Below are positions 38,849 through 47,878 of a DNA stretch of 64,000 bases, in pieces. Every line of letters starts with the position of its first letter. The first letter of the stretch is position 1. This stretch comes from Promethearchaeati archaeon SRVP18_Atabeyarchaeia-1 (GTDB taxonomy: Archaea > Asgardarchaeota > Atabeyarchaeia > Atabeyarchaeales > Atabeyarchaeaceae): NCBI GenBank assembly GCA_037308085.1, contig CP147779.1:2304001-2368000 (forward strand), read 5' to 3'. The notes below the pieces were generated by a model that saw nothing but the letters and a program-made list of their open reading frames with translations, made no database searches and had not been told where the DNA came from. The position numbers and the translations under genes are program-made.

Positions 38849-39061
38849 CTAGGCCTTGTGTGCGATGTACACCGCGGCGCCTAAGGCCCCTACTACAATC
38901 GTGACGAGTATGACAGCGGCGAATAGGATACGCCCTGCCGAAATATCCGCTGCCTCGGTGGGGTTGTAGAAGCCGTATACCAGAAATGAGACTATGACCA
39001 TCACTGACGCGATTGCTCCCCACAGAAGTAGCAGAAGGCTGAATCTACCTGGTATAGACAT
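38849..39061 (-). CDS. Small two-TM membrane protein
   Basis: GGAGG before the ATG; two hydrophobic helices. Confidence 0.55.
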   Translation of the reverse strand: MSIPGRFSLLLLLWGAIASVMVIVSFLVYGFYNPTEAADISAGRILFAAVILVTIVVGALGAAVYIAHKA

Positions 39062-39280
39062 TCCCTCCTTTCCGCTTCGTAGAAGGCGGTTTGTTCTCTT
39101 GTAGAGTTTTGGTTAGACATGCCTTAAATACTTTATCAAAAGGATTAAGAAAATCCGTCCCAATCGGCGCCCAATGCTCTATGTTTCGCTTTGCCCTCTG
39201 AGGGTCATCCATCACTAGGAACAGATCTTCACCTTTGTCTAGGTATGGCTCGGGCAGGGTTCGTGCCCGCTTGAAGGTTT

Positions 39281-39703
39281 CTAGCGTTTGTCCAACTTGT
39301 AGAATGCTGGGAAGTACCATTTCTCTATGTTTCTTGGTTCTATGACTCTCTTTGCTATGCCCGTGTGCTCCAGTCTCTCGAGCGCGGTGTCAACTACCTC
39401 CTTTGGCAACTTGACTTTCTTGATCAGTTCTGCGGCTGTGGTTACCCCGGTTGAAGAGACGGAGCTTGGTATCTTGCCCAAGTCTTTTGAGAGTTCTATC
39501 GGTTTAACCTCAATGATCTTAATCCCTGATGAGAGTTGTTTTGCCCCTCCGATTAGTCCTTTCTCGCAGAGGATGTTGACCGCTTCCTCGATCGAGTCGA
39601 CCAGTGTTTTTGCCGCCCCTTCTCTCTTCTTCACCTCAAGGCAGAGGTCGGCGAAAGATACTATTCCACCCTTGTTGCTGGACATCTCGTCTGCTATCTT
39701 CAA
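39281..39703 (-). CDS. ESCRT-II Vps22/Vps36 (EAP30)-like tandem winged-helix protein, N-terminally truncated
   Basis: GGIVS..DL, I..A...L, P.ELS.D, G.T...L......AL..LE..G and terminal WYFP. Similarity continues upstream (KLGELV) to an in-frame TAG. Confidence 0.65.
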   Translation of the reverse strand: MKIADEMSSNKGGIVSFADLCLEVKKREGAAKTLVDSIEEAVNILCEKGLIGGAKQLSSGIKIIEVKPIELSKDLGKIPSSVSSTGVTTAAELIKKVKLPKEVVDTALERLEHTGIAKRVIEPRNIEKWYFPAFYKLDKR

Positions 39704-40233
39704 TACTAGCTCGCCTAGCTTCTAACTCCAGACGATTTGTCTGGTGTCGTTTGTACTATCGCTTTGTTTATACTACGAATCTGCCAAACCAACAATCCTA
39801 ACGATACCAAATAAAGATCAACGCTGAGACGAAGACAGTGGAACATTCAGTCTACGCGCTGAGTCTGTCAATCACATCAAGACAATTAGGTTCGCAACAC
39901 CCGAAGAGACCGATACGCCTGCATCATTTACGTTAGTGATGAGGTGGCGTAGCAAAGGAACAGGAGATGCAAAAGAGGAGACGAACTGGGCACATTTTCT
40001 TGTTATTCCAAAGAATTGGAAACTGCGACCCGGAATGCAAATTGTGCCCTAGCTGATTGTGGAAAAAGTCTTAAATCGCTGAGGCTATCGATCTGCCCGC
40101 GGGATGCCAATATCAAGCGTTCTTTGACCTTTTCTAACGCTTGCCCATAAAATCTATGCTTTTTTTCGCCTTCTAGATATGGCAATATGCTGGAGGGAGA
40201 AAGGATGGTTGAAGGCGTCACCGGCACCAAGTT

Positions 40234-41544
40234 CTATTCCTTAGTCGCGATCTCCCATTCAACAGGTGTTATTTCCCTGAGGCATTGTTGGACTAACTGG
40301 TCGACGCCCAGATGTTTCTCGAGTTCCTCCACCACTTGAATGTCCCCCCGGATTTGCGGGTGATCCGGCACACCCCAGCACGGTAATAAGGTGATGGAGG
40401 CCGCGGGCGCGGTGCCGATCTGGCGTGCGAGCGCTACGACCTCCTCCTTGTCGAATCCAAACAAGGGGCGGTGCACCGGGATGGTAACCACGCTATTCAG
40501 GACCATGAGGTTTTGGGCGGTCTGACTAGCCTGCTCCCCGAGGATCTCCCCTGTCACGATCCCCTTCGCCCCGTACATGTGCGCAACCTGTTCCGCGACG
40601 CGATACATCATGCGCTTGCATAACAGACACGTCACGCCCGCCCGCGCCCCTTGGGACGTGAGGGCGGTCAGGACCTTGCCATAGGGCATCACGAAAACGA
40701 GCGGTTTCGCAGATTGGCCGCGCATGTATTCCACTATGACTGCTACTTCCTTCAAGGCATTTGAGCGCACGGATCCTTCGGACTCCCCACCGCTGGCCTC
40801 CTCCTGGGCCGGGTTCATTATGACGAAGATGAGGGGCGCGCCGCGGCGCATCGCCATCCACGCGGCGACCGGGGAGTCGAAGCCCCCGCTGACGAGGGCA
40901 ACCAATGGATCTTCCAGTCCCAATGGGAATCCCCCGGGCGCTTTAATCCGTTCCGCGGAGATAAAGGCCGCGTTCTCGAACACCTCGATCTCGAGCTGTT
41001 TCTCCCGCTGGCACGCCCACGGCCCCATGGTCCAGCGCTCTTCCGCCCGAAAGCGTTTCTTTGAAAGGTCCTTTTTCCCCTTGGCAGGGTCGTTTTCTTC
41101 TTGGGAAAATTTGTCGCACAAGGCGAGAATCTCTGCCTTCCACTGCTTTTCATCAACGGGGGAGGAATCGATGGCCCGAATGGCGATTTTTTTCGTGCGG
41201 GGGTATAACCCGTGGGCAAGCATGAGCTTGGCTGGTACGGTGCGCGTGGAGGTCTTGTCGCTCAGCGGCGTGTGGAAGCACGGAGAGATGGTAGAAATTC
41301 CAAAGGTCCGCCCGACGACGGAGACGATGGCGGGCACGTCCGCTTCGACCGGTTGCCGGGGCACGAGGTAATAGCGGCCGGGGCGCATGATAATTTGGAG
41401 GCGTTTGAGCATGTCCCCGTTCCCGGTCGCCGTGAAGGCGTTCTGGATGTTCCGCCGGAGCAATGACTCGAGTAGATCCTGCGTTTGGGGGGACTTGATC
41501 CCAAATTCACCGGTGAACCGAACGAGCACGCTATTGTAGATCAT
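40234..41544 (-). CDS. thiI: tRNA 4-thiouridine synthase ThiI (archaeal type, no rhodanese domain)
   Basis: GEFGIKS, GGFPLG, SGGFDSPVAAW PP-loop, CLLCKR, TGE.LG..ASQT, RPL. Confidence 0.88.
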   Translation of the reverse strand: MIYNSVLVRFTGEFGIKSPQTQDLLESLLRRNIQNAFTATGNGDMLKRLQIIMRPGRYYLVPRQPVEADVPAIVSVVGRTFGISTISPCFHTPLSDKTSTRTVPAKLMLAHGLYPRTKKIAIRAIDSSPVDEKQWKAEILALCDKFSQEENDPAKGKKDLSKKRFRAEERWTMGPWACQREKQLEIEVFENAAFISAERIKAPGGFPLGLEDPLVALVSGGFDSPVAAWMAMRRGAPLIFVIMNPAQEEASGGESEGSVRSNALKEVAVIVEYMRGQSAKPLVFVMPYGKVLTALTSQGARAGVTCLLCKRMMYRVAEQVAHMYGAKGIVTGEILGEQASQTAQNLMVLNSVVTIPVHRPLFGFDKEEVVALARQIGTAPAASITLLPCWGVPDHPQIRGDIQVVEELEKHLGVDQLVQQCLREITPVEWEIATKE

Positions 41545-41769
41545 GATACCTATCCCTTAGGAGAATGAATCCTTTAAGTCCTTTGTGCTAAATGGCCCTT
41601 TTTGCGGCGGTTTTTGGGATCACTCTTCGGGTACCCATATTCATTTAGGTATGACCTGATGAAGAAACCGCAAAAGAACTTTCCGCGGTGGGGTCGAGCA
41701 TTGGAGTCCCCTGTCATCAAATGCTGGCAGAAGGCAAAAAAAAGAGGAAATGGAGGTTTTTAAAGTCCA

Positions 41770-42121
41770 CATACCTATGTCTTTAATACTTTATCAGGCG
41801 AATCAAGGAAATCCGCGGGATGCGGTCTGAAATCATCGAGGATTTGGGCTGACGGCGCAAAGCAGTAACAGCTTTAGAGGACTTCCTGCAAGGGCGCGCA
41901 GAATTGAGTCTGCTAGACAATACTCCCTTTTTGATACCAACCTTGACGGCAGGCACAAATCCCGGATCCAAACACCGCGATTCTGTGGCGCAAAGCTACG
42001 TATTCTTCAATAGGGATCTAACTTACTAGGGGCGAGGAACGAACCAACCGGCCGTCTTGCGAAAACCAGACAAAAGAGGGGGGAGTTCTTGAAGAACGCA
42101 TACCTATGCCTTTAATACTTT
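41770..42121. repeat. 23-nt direct repeat CATACCTATG(T/C)CTTTAATACTTT at 41770-41792 and 42099-42121
   Basis: One mismatch; the minus strand reads AAAGTATTAAAG (BRE/TATA-like). Confidence 0.8.
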
Positions 42122-42171
42122 GTTGAGATCGGTGCTGTCACATCTGCGGTTGGCATGCTTTCATATGGAAG

Positions 42172-42350
42172 GTTCTTATGCGCACGCGTGACCTACCAAC
42201 CCCTCAAAGGGTGTTGGCTTCCTGGTTCATGGACCGAGCTTGCCTCGACGTGTGGCGGCCGTTGAGGCACCTCAGAGGCGCCGGGGTAGAGGCTTCGATC
42301 TCCGCAGGCGTAGATTCGGCGCGCACCATACCTATTGCCGAGACCGATGC
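42172..42350 (-). ncRNA. Putative TnpB omega/reRNA scaffold plus flank-derived guide
   Basis: Retained tnpB 3' region and right-end hairpin ending in TCAC; the guide would be the flanking GCGTGCGCATAAGAAC. 5' boundary approximate. Confidence 0.45.
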
Positions 42351-42418
42351 ATGTTCCTCTATTTGAACCCGCGATTCACCCCACCCCTCAAAGGGTGTGG
42401 GCTTCCTGGCCCGCGTTC
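42188..42418 (-). mobile_element. Non-autonomous IS200/IS605-family element (231 bp, PATE/MITE-like)
   Basis: Twin subterminal hairpins CC(C/A)AC-A-CCCT-TTG-AGGG-GT(G/T)GG at 42380-42401 and 42196-42217, each preceded by GAAG. TTAC lies 5' of the left end and TCAC marks the right end. The interior resembles a tnpB 3' tail (RAESTP.E...SMNQEA). Boundaries are supported by an empty homologous site at 61279-61361. Confidence 0.85.
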
Positions 42419-42480
42419 GTAACAGAACCTTGAGATCAGCACCTGCAGAGTCTGAGAAGCTATTTGGAGTCGTCGCGAAT

Positions 42481-43062
42481 TTGGCAAAGAAGAATTTTGG
42501 AAGCAAACCGCTTCTTCTCCCATTTCCAGTCACTATTGTGGGGGCAGAAGTTGATGGAAAACCTAACTTCATGGCGATCGGTTACATCGGGATAATCGAT
42601 GACACGCCATCGATGGTCGCACTGGGATCGCTGAAGACCCATTACACGAATAGAGGTATTATTGAGAACAAGACGTTCTCTGTAAACATACCTTCGGAAG
42701 AGATGATTCAGATCACTGACTACGTGGGGGTGGTTAGCGGAGAGAAGACAGACAAGTCGAAGCTATTTGATGTTTTCTACGGGAAGCTGAAGAATGCGCC
42801 GATGATACAGCAGTGTCCACTCAACCTTGAGTGCAAGGTTCTCGATATTCTGGAGAAAGGGGGTACGTACTACAACATCATTGGCGAGATTGTCGAATCT
42901 TACGTCGACGAGGAGTGCATGGTTGGCAAGTACCCGGACCTGGAGAAGGTGAAACCTATGGTCTTTTCGGTGGTTGGTGGCAAGTACTACTCAGTCGGGA
43001 AGTATCTTGGCGCGATGGGGAAAGCGAGCAAGGATTTCAAGTATAATGGCAGAGAACAGTAA
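42481..43062 (+). CDS. Flavin reductase-like (flavoredoxin) protein
   Basis: P.PVTIVGA..DGKPNFM, FSVNIPS, SG...DKS, P.NLEC, GEI; TTG start at 42481. Confidence 0.88.
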   Translation: MAKKNFGSKPLLLPFPVTIVGAEVDGKPNFMAIGYIGIIDDTPSMVALGSLKTHYTNRGIIENKTFSVNIPSEEMIQITDYVGVVSGEKTDKSKLFDVFYGKLKNAPMIQQCPLNLECKVLDILEKGGTYYNIIGEIVESYVDEECMVGKYPDLEKVKPMVFSVVGGKYYSVGKYLGAMGKASKDFKYNGREQ

Positions 43063-43262
43063 ATCGTAGCTGCAGCTGCGCCGTTGCGACGCCAACCTTT
43101 AGCTTTGGCCCTTCGCCAATCCATGAATGAGTTCGGCTCAGATTCGGGTTCCAGTTGCCGAATGTGAGTGAGGGCTCATCCCCAATTGACCGTAAGCTGT
43201 AAATAAATCGTAGAGTCGTAGAGATTAACTAATCAAGCAAGAGCGATCCGGAGGCGTCGGGA

Positions 43263-44417
43263 ATGTTCAAATGCCCTCAGATATACTACGGAACCGGTTC
43301 ACTCGACAGGGTTGCATCCCTCAAGGGAGACCGCGTTCTAATAGTGACGGACAGGAAGATAGAGGAACTGGGACTGGTCGAAGAGGTGCGAAAGCGCCTG
43401 AAAGAGAAAGGCGCAGAAGTGCACGTTTTTGATGATGTGGAACCTGATCCGAAGGACTCGACCGTCGCCGCTTGTGCTAAGGTTGCGTCGGAGTTCAATC
43501 CTGATCTGATTATAGGACTCGGCGGGGGATCCTCGATGGATGTCGCTAAGGGTGCATTCTTTCAGTACGAGCGACCAGATGTCAAGCTCTGTGACATGAG
43601 TGCCTTGGAGAGCTATGGGCTAAGGAGGAAAGCGAGCTTGGCAATGATACCGACGACTTCAGGAACCGGCTCGGAGGCATCGGTTGGATGCGTAATAACT
43701 GATTCGGAAACAGGCAGGAAACTCTCTCTGGCGTGCTTCGAACTGACTCCTGACGTTGCAATCCTGGATCCGTCACTAGCCTTCAAGATGCCGCCCAAGC
43801 TAAGGGCGTGCACAGGAATTGATGTTCTCGTTCACGCGGTTGAGGCTTATGTTGCTAGTATGCACAATTTCTTCGCCGATGCGCTAGCCCTCAAGGCGAT
43901 TCAGACGGTGTTCCAGTACCTTGAGAAGTCCGTCAGGACGGGTGACCAAGAGGCTATGGAAAAGATGCACTATGCTGCAACTCTTGGAGGAATATCAATG
44001 ACCAACTCCGGCCTGGGCCTAGCACATGGAATAGGACACAGTATCGGGGCGCTCTTCCATATACCTCACGGAGCAGCAGTCGGCTTCGCCCTCCCTTACA
44101 TAATTGAGTTTTGTTCACAAACATCTAGGAATAGGTTCCTAGAAATACTTGGATCCCTCGGGGTCACCGGTGTTGATTCCGACAACGCGGCGAAGAGGCT
44201 TTCAAGCATTGTCAAGGAATTGATGATCAAGATTCAGATCCCACCAACACTGAAGGGCATAGGCGTCAGCGAAGACAAGTTCAGGAAGATGATACCCAAG
44301 CTCGTGGAGTTCTCGGAGAATGATGTCACGTCAATTACTAGCCCAAGAAACGCCACCACGGAAGACTTCCAGAAAATCCTAGAATACATGCTCAAGAACA
44401 AAACCGTCGACTTCTAG
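43263..44417 (+). CDS. Iron-containing alcohol dehydrogenase
   Basis: GGGSSMD, PTTSGTGSE, D...H..E, GLAH..GH, HG. Confidence 0.93.
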   Translation: MFKCPQIYYGTGSLDRVASLKGDRVLIVTDRKIEELGLVEEVRKRLKEKGAEVHVFDDVEPDPKDSTVAACAKVASEFNPDLIIGLGGGSSMDVAKGAFFQYERPDVKLCDMSALESYGLRRKASLAMIPTTSGTGSEASVGCVITDSETGRKLSLACFELTPDVAILDPSLAFKMPPKLRACTGIDVLVHAVEAYVASMHNFFADALALKAIQTVFQYLEKSVRTGDQEAMEKMHYAATLGGISMTNSGLGLAHGIGHSIGALFHIPHGAAVGFALPYIIEFCSQTSRNRFLEILGSLGVTGVDSDNAAKRLSSIVKELMIKIQIPPTLKGIGVSEDKFRKMIPKLVEFSENDVTSITSPRNATTEDFQKILEYMLKNKTVDF

Positions 44418-44585
44418 CGGGGGGGATCAGCCACACACTTACTTTCCTCTTCCCTTTCTTTGACGGCAACTATATCATCATTGTAGAATCAAATCAGTAT
44501 TCACGTTGGAAAGTGCGGAATGCCACGTGGCAAAGTCGCTTTGAGAGTCTCTTCAAAAGTGGAATGGGCAAGGAGGCCGAAGGTT

Positions 44586-47456
44586 ATGGCTCGAGTATCC
44601 AAGAATGTATCACGAATAGAAGGGTTCCCTTATCCGAAAGATGCTAAACTTGCAGGGAAGTTTCTCACTGACTTCTTCGAGCTGTTGGGTAAGAACAAGG
44701 AGATTCTGAGATCATGGGTGGAACTAAGAGCCCTGTTTCAGATCCACGTCGAGTCCCCTGAAGTCCTTGTGTCAATTGACACTCTAAGTGGAAAAGGCAT
44801 GCGAGTGTCTCTCGGAGAAGCCAAAGGAACTCCTAACGTGATCATGACTCTAAATGCTAATACATTTCATGAACTATATTCCGGCAAATTGAGCACTTTT
44901 CAGGCGTTCGGATCAGAAGCAGTGAGAACTGATGGCGACCGGAGTCTCGTAACAAGAATGACTAAGACTCTGCCACAGAGCATCAAGGCATATACGGATT
45001 ACTGCAAGGGGCTTGGGATTCATGTCGAATCGCTAGAGAGTGAAGCCACCTCCAAGGCAGCTTTGGAGGAGAGAGCCAAGGCCGTAACCCAAGGATCGCG
45101 AACCGAACGACTCAAGAAACTATTTCTACGTCGGCAGAGGGAGATCTGTGTCGAAAGAGCGCGTTACTACACAGAGTCGTACAGAAGTACTGAGGGAGAA
45201 CCAGCGGTTATTCGCCAAGCCAAGGCACTGAGAAACGTGCTTGACAATCTCCCAGTACACATCTACGAGGACGAGATGATAGTTGGCAACATTTCGAGCA
45301 AGCCTCTGGGAGCGGGGGTCTATCCTGAGACAGTGCTGGGTCCTAGAATAGAGGGCGAACTCAATAGGATAAGCCAAAGAAGCACAAACCCCTTCACCAT
45401 AGGTGCGGGAGAAAAGCGCGAACTCCAAGAGAGTATATTCCCCTATTGGCGGGGAAAAACCATCATCGACCTAGCTAGGAAGTATTGGTCCAAGGAAGTT
45501 GCCGATCTTTTTGACAGACTGGGAGTCTTCATTTTCACCGAGATTGGTGGCATAGGACATATGCTGATAAACCACGAGCGCGTTCTCAGAATCGGACTCA
45601 ACGGAATAATCGCGGAAGCTAACAGACGCAGAAAGGGGCTCCTGAAAGAGGACATGTCCGGAGATCCAGGGAAACAACAACAACTCGAATTCCTTGAAGC
45701 CGTTGAGATCGCGTGTAAGAGCGTGATCGACTTCGCAAGGAGATACGGCGGGCTAGCGGAAGAGCTTGCTGGAACCGAAAAAGATCCTGCGAGGCGTGGA
45801 GAACTCGAGGAGATCGCCAGAATATGTCTAAAGGTGCCAGAGAACCCAGCAGACACTATCCACGAATGCTTGCAGGCGATGTTCTTCACCCATATTGCAT
45901 GTCAAGTCGAGAGTTGGGAGTCAGCCATCTCAGTCGGAAGACTAGATCAGTTCCTAAAACCGTACTACGAGGCAGATCGACAAGCTGGAAGAACGGACGA
46001 AGTGAAAGCCCAAGAATTGTTTGAATGCTTCTTCTTGAAGCTTTCCTCGGTGATACCATTATTTGACGCGGATGCCTCCATAGCATTCGCCGGATTGACA
46101 GCCTTCGCAAATGTCGTCATTGGAGGAGTCGACAAGGATGGAAACGACGCTACAAATGATCTGTCCTATGTAATCCTGAATGCCGTGAAAAGGATGAAGA
46201 CCCCGCAGCCAAACTTTGGAATTCGAGTTCACGAGACTTCGCCCGAAAGACTTCTGACTGAGGTCTGCCGCGCTGCCTTAGAAATGGGAACTCTACCTCA
46301 TGTTTTCAACGACAGGTTGGTCATCAAGTCGATGGTCAACAGGGGGATACCGATAGAAGAGGCGAGAAATTACGGGATCATCGGCTGCGTAGAACCCGCC
46401 GTTCCAGGCAGGAGCTTCACCTCATCAGACGCGGCGCTCTTCAACCTTGGACTCTGCCTTGAACTCGCCTTGAACGATGGCAAAGCAAGATTGATGTCAG
46501 GGCAGATAGGACCACAGACGGGTAGCCCCGCGTCATTCACCTCGATGGAAGGCGTCTTGAATGCATTTGCCCAGCAGGTTCAGTACCTTATCAGGAAAAT
46601 GGTTGAAGGACTCGATGTACTAGCCAGAATCCATGCCGAGGTGAAGCCTACACCCTTGGCCTCATCATTGACCGATAATTGCCTAGCGAGCGGCAAAGAT
46701 CTCACCCGCGGGGGCGCAGTCTACAACTTCACCGGACCACAGGGAGTTGGACTCGCGACGGTTGCGGATTCGCTTGCGGCAATCGATCAACTTGTCTTCA
46801 GAGACAAGAAGGCAACCATGGATGAAATCTCGAAAGCTCTAAGTAAGAACTTCGCAGGTTACGAGCCACTAAGGCAGATGCTGATCAACTCGGCGCCGAA
46901 GTATGGGACGGATAACGACCTCGCGGATACATATGCCCGCCAAGTGGGCGAGATCTTCTGCAAGGAGATTGAGAAGTACCAAAACCCTAGAAATGGGCGG
47001 TATCAGCCGGGCTTGTACTCGGTGACGATGCACTTGACGTTTGGTATGCTGACAGGAGCACTGCCGAACGGGCGCAAAGCAAGCAAACCGCTGTCGTGCG
47101 GGGTAACACCCGAACCTGGAACAGCTTCTTTCGGACCGACTGCGCTGCTCAGGTCGGCGGCGAAGTTGAATTACGAGCTTGTGTCAAACGGCGCCGTGTT
47201 GGGTCTAAAGTTCAGTCCGAGCACGTTCCGCGGTGACGAGGGCCTACGAAATCTTGGATCTTTAGTTGAGTCCTTCTTCAGGCTCGGTGGAATGCATATC
47301 CAAGCCAACTTCGTAGGCCGCGAAACTCTACTCGCAGCGCAGAAGTGTCCTGACGAATATCGCGACCTAGTTGTTCGAGTTGCAGGATATAGCGCGCTGT
47401 TCACCGATCTCGACAGACTGGTACAGGATGAGATTATTGCGCGAACCGAATTCTAG
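44586..47456 (+). CDS. Glycyl radical enzyme (PFL2/PflD-like) with N-terminal SCP2-like domain
   Basis: IIGCVEP active-site Cys and RVAGYSA glycyl motif; N-terminal F...SGKL....AF....VR.DGD SCP2 signature; ATG at 44586 after GGAGG. Confidence 0.88.
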   Translation: MARVSKNVSRIEGFPYPKDAKLAGKFLTDFFELLGKNKEILRSWVELRALFQIHVESPEVLVSIDTLSGKGMRVSLGEAKGTPNVIMTLNANTFHELYSGKLSTFQAFGSEAVRTDGDRSLVTRMTKTLPQSIKAYTDYCKGLGIHVESLESEATSKAALEERAKAVTQGSRTERLKKLFLRRQREICVERARYYTESYRSTEGEPAVIRQAKALRNVLDNLPVHIYEDEMIVGNISSKPLGAGVYPETVLGPRIEGELNRISQRSTNPFTIGAGEKRELQESIFPYWRGKTIIDLARKYWSKEVADLFDRLGVFIFTEIGGIGHMLINHERVLRIGLNGIIAEANRRRKGLLKEDMSGDPGKQQQLEFLEAVEIACKSVIDFARRYGGLAEELAGTEKDPARRGELEEIARICLKVPENPADTIHECLQAMFFTHIACQVESWESAISVGRLDQFLKPYYEADRQAGRTDEVKAQELFECFFLKLSSVIPLFDADASIAFAGLTAFANVVIGGVDKDGNDATNDLSYVILNAVKRMKTPQPNFGIRVHETSPERLLTEVCRAALEMGTLPHVFNDRLVIKSMVNRGIPIEEARNYGIIGCVEPAVPGRSFTSSDAALFNLGLCLELALNDGKARLMSGQIGPQTGSPASFTSMEGVLNAFAQQVQYLIRKMVEGLDVLARIHAEVKPTPLASSLTDNCLASGKDLTRGGAVYNFTGPQGVGLATVADSLAAIDQLVFRDKKATMDEISKALSKNFAGYEPLRQMLINSAPKYGTDNDLADTYARQVGEIFCKEIEKYQNPRNGRYQPGLYSVTMHLTFGMLTGALPNGRKASKPLSCGVTPEPGTASFGPTALLRSAAKLNYELVSNGAVLGLKFSPSTFRGDEGLRNLGSLVESFFRLGGMHIQANFVGRETLLAAQKCPDEYRDLVVRVAGYSALFTDLDRLVQDEIIARTEF

Positions 47457-47513
47457 CTCTCCCTGATGATCCTCTTTGAACCTTCAAATGATAACGAAGA
47501 GGGGCACAGATTC

Positions 47514-47861
47514 ATGAAGATCCGGCTGGAGGAGGGAAAGGTCAAGGACACGATCGAACATGTGGACAAACCTTCCTTCACCGTCCTTGACTTCATCGAA
47601 ATGTTCAAAGCTCTACATCCAGATGACTGGGATCAGCTTGCAAAGAGATTCGGTGGATTTGGCGAGAAACGGAGATATACGGTCAATACCTATTTCTCCA
47701 ATCGACTCGACGCGTACTCGCAAAAGCCTACCTCGCTTCTGGTTCCTTTTGTAAGGTACAAGCAGGGGGGATTCAATGACTATAGGAGGACGACGGAGGA
47801 GGAGAGGAAAGTCTTTGGTAGTCCTTGGATAGCCATGTTCAATAAGAGGGAAAAGGCGTGA
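47514..47861 (+). CDS. Hypothetical protein
   Basis: Clean ORF with GAGGGG before the ATG; no recognised motif. Confidence 0.6.
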   Translation: MKIRLEEGKVKDTIEHVDKPSFTVLDFIEMFKALHPDDWDQLAKRFGGFGEKRRYTVNTYFSNRLDAYSQKPTSLLVPFVRYKQGGFNDYRRTTEEERKVFGSPWIAMFNKREKA

Positions 47862-47878
47862 GTAGCTAGGACATGCAA

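Noticed and set aside
39045-39320. 91-aa ORF overlapping the Vps22/36-like gene end
   Set aside because: No motif, and it overlaps better-supported genes at both ends.
39704-39725. Pyrrolysine readthrough of the TAG upstream of the Vps22/36-like gene
   Set aside because: The sequence beyond the TAG shows no continued similarity and no pyl genes are in the window.
40003-40230. 75-aa ORF after thiI with a faint resemblance to the primase large subunit N-terminus
   Set aside because: Too short and too weak to call by eye.
41770-42401. CRISPR array from the short repeats
   Set aside because: Only two copies of each repeat, spacing far too long, and no cas genes; the hairpin pair is better explained as IS ends.
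44586-47456. Alkyl/benzylsuccinate synthase or true pyruvate formate-lyase call
   Set aside because: GCVEP fits eliminase-type GREs; there is no CC pair as in PFL and no small subunits of fumarate-adding enzymes.
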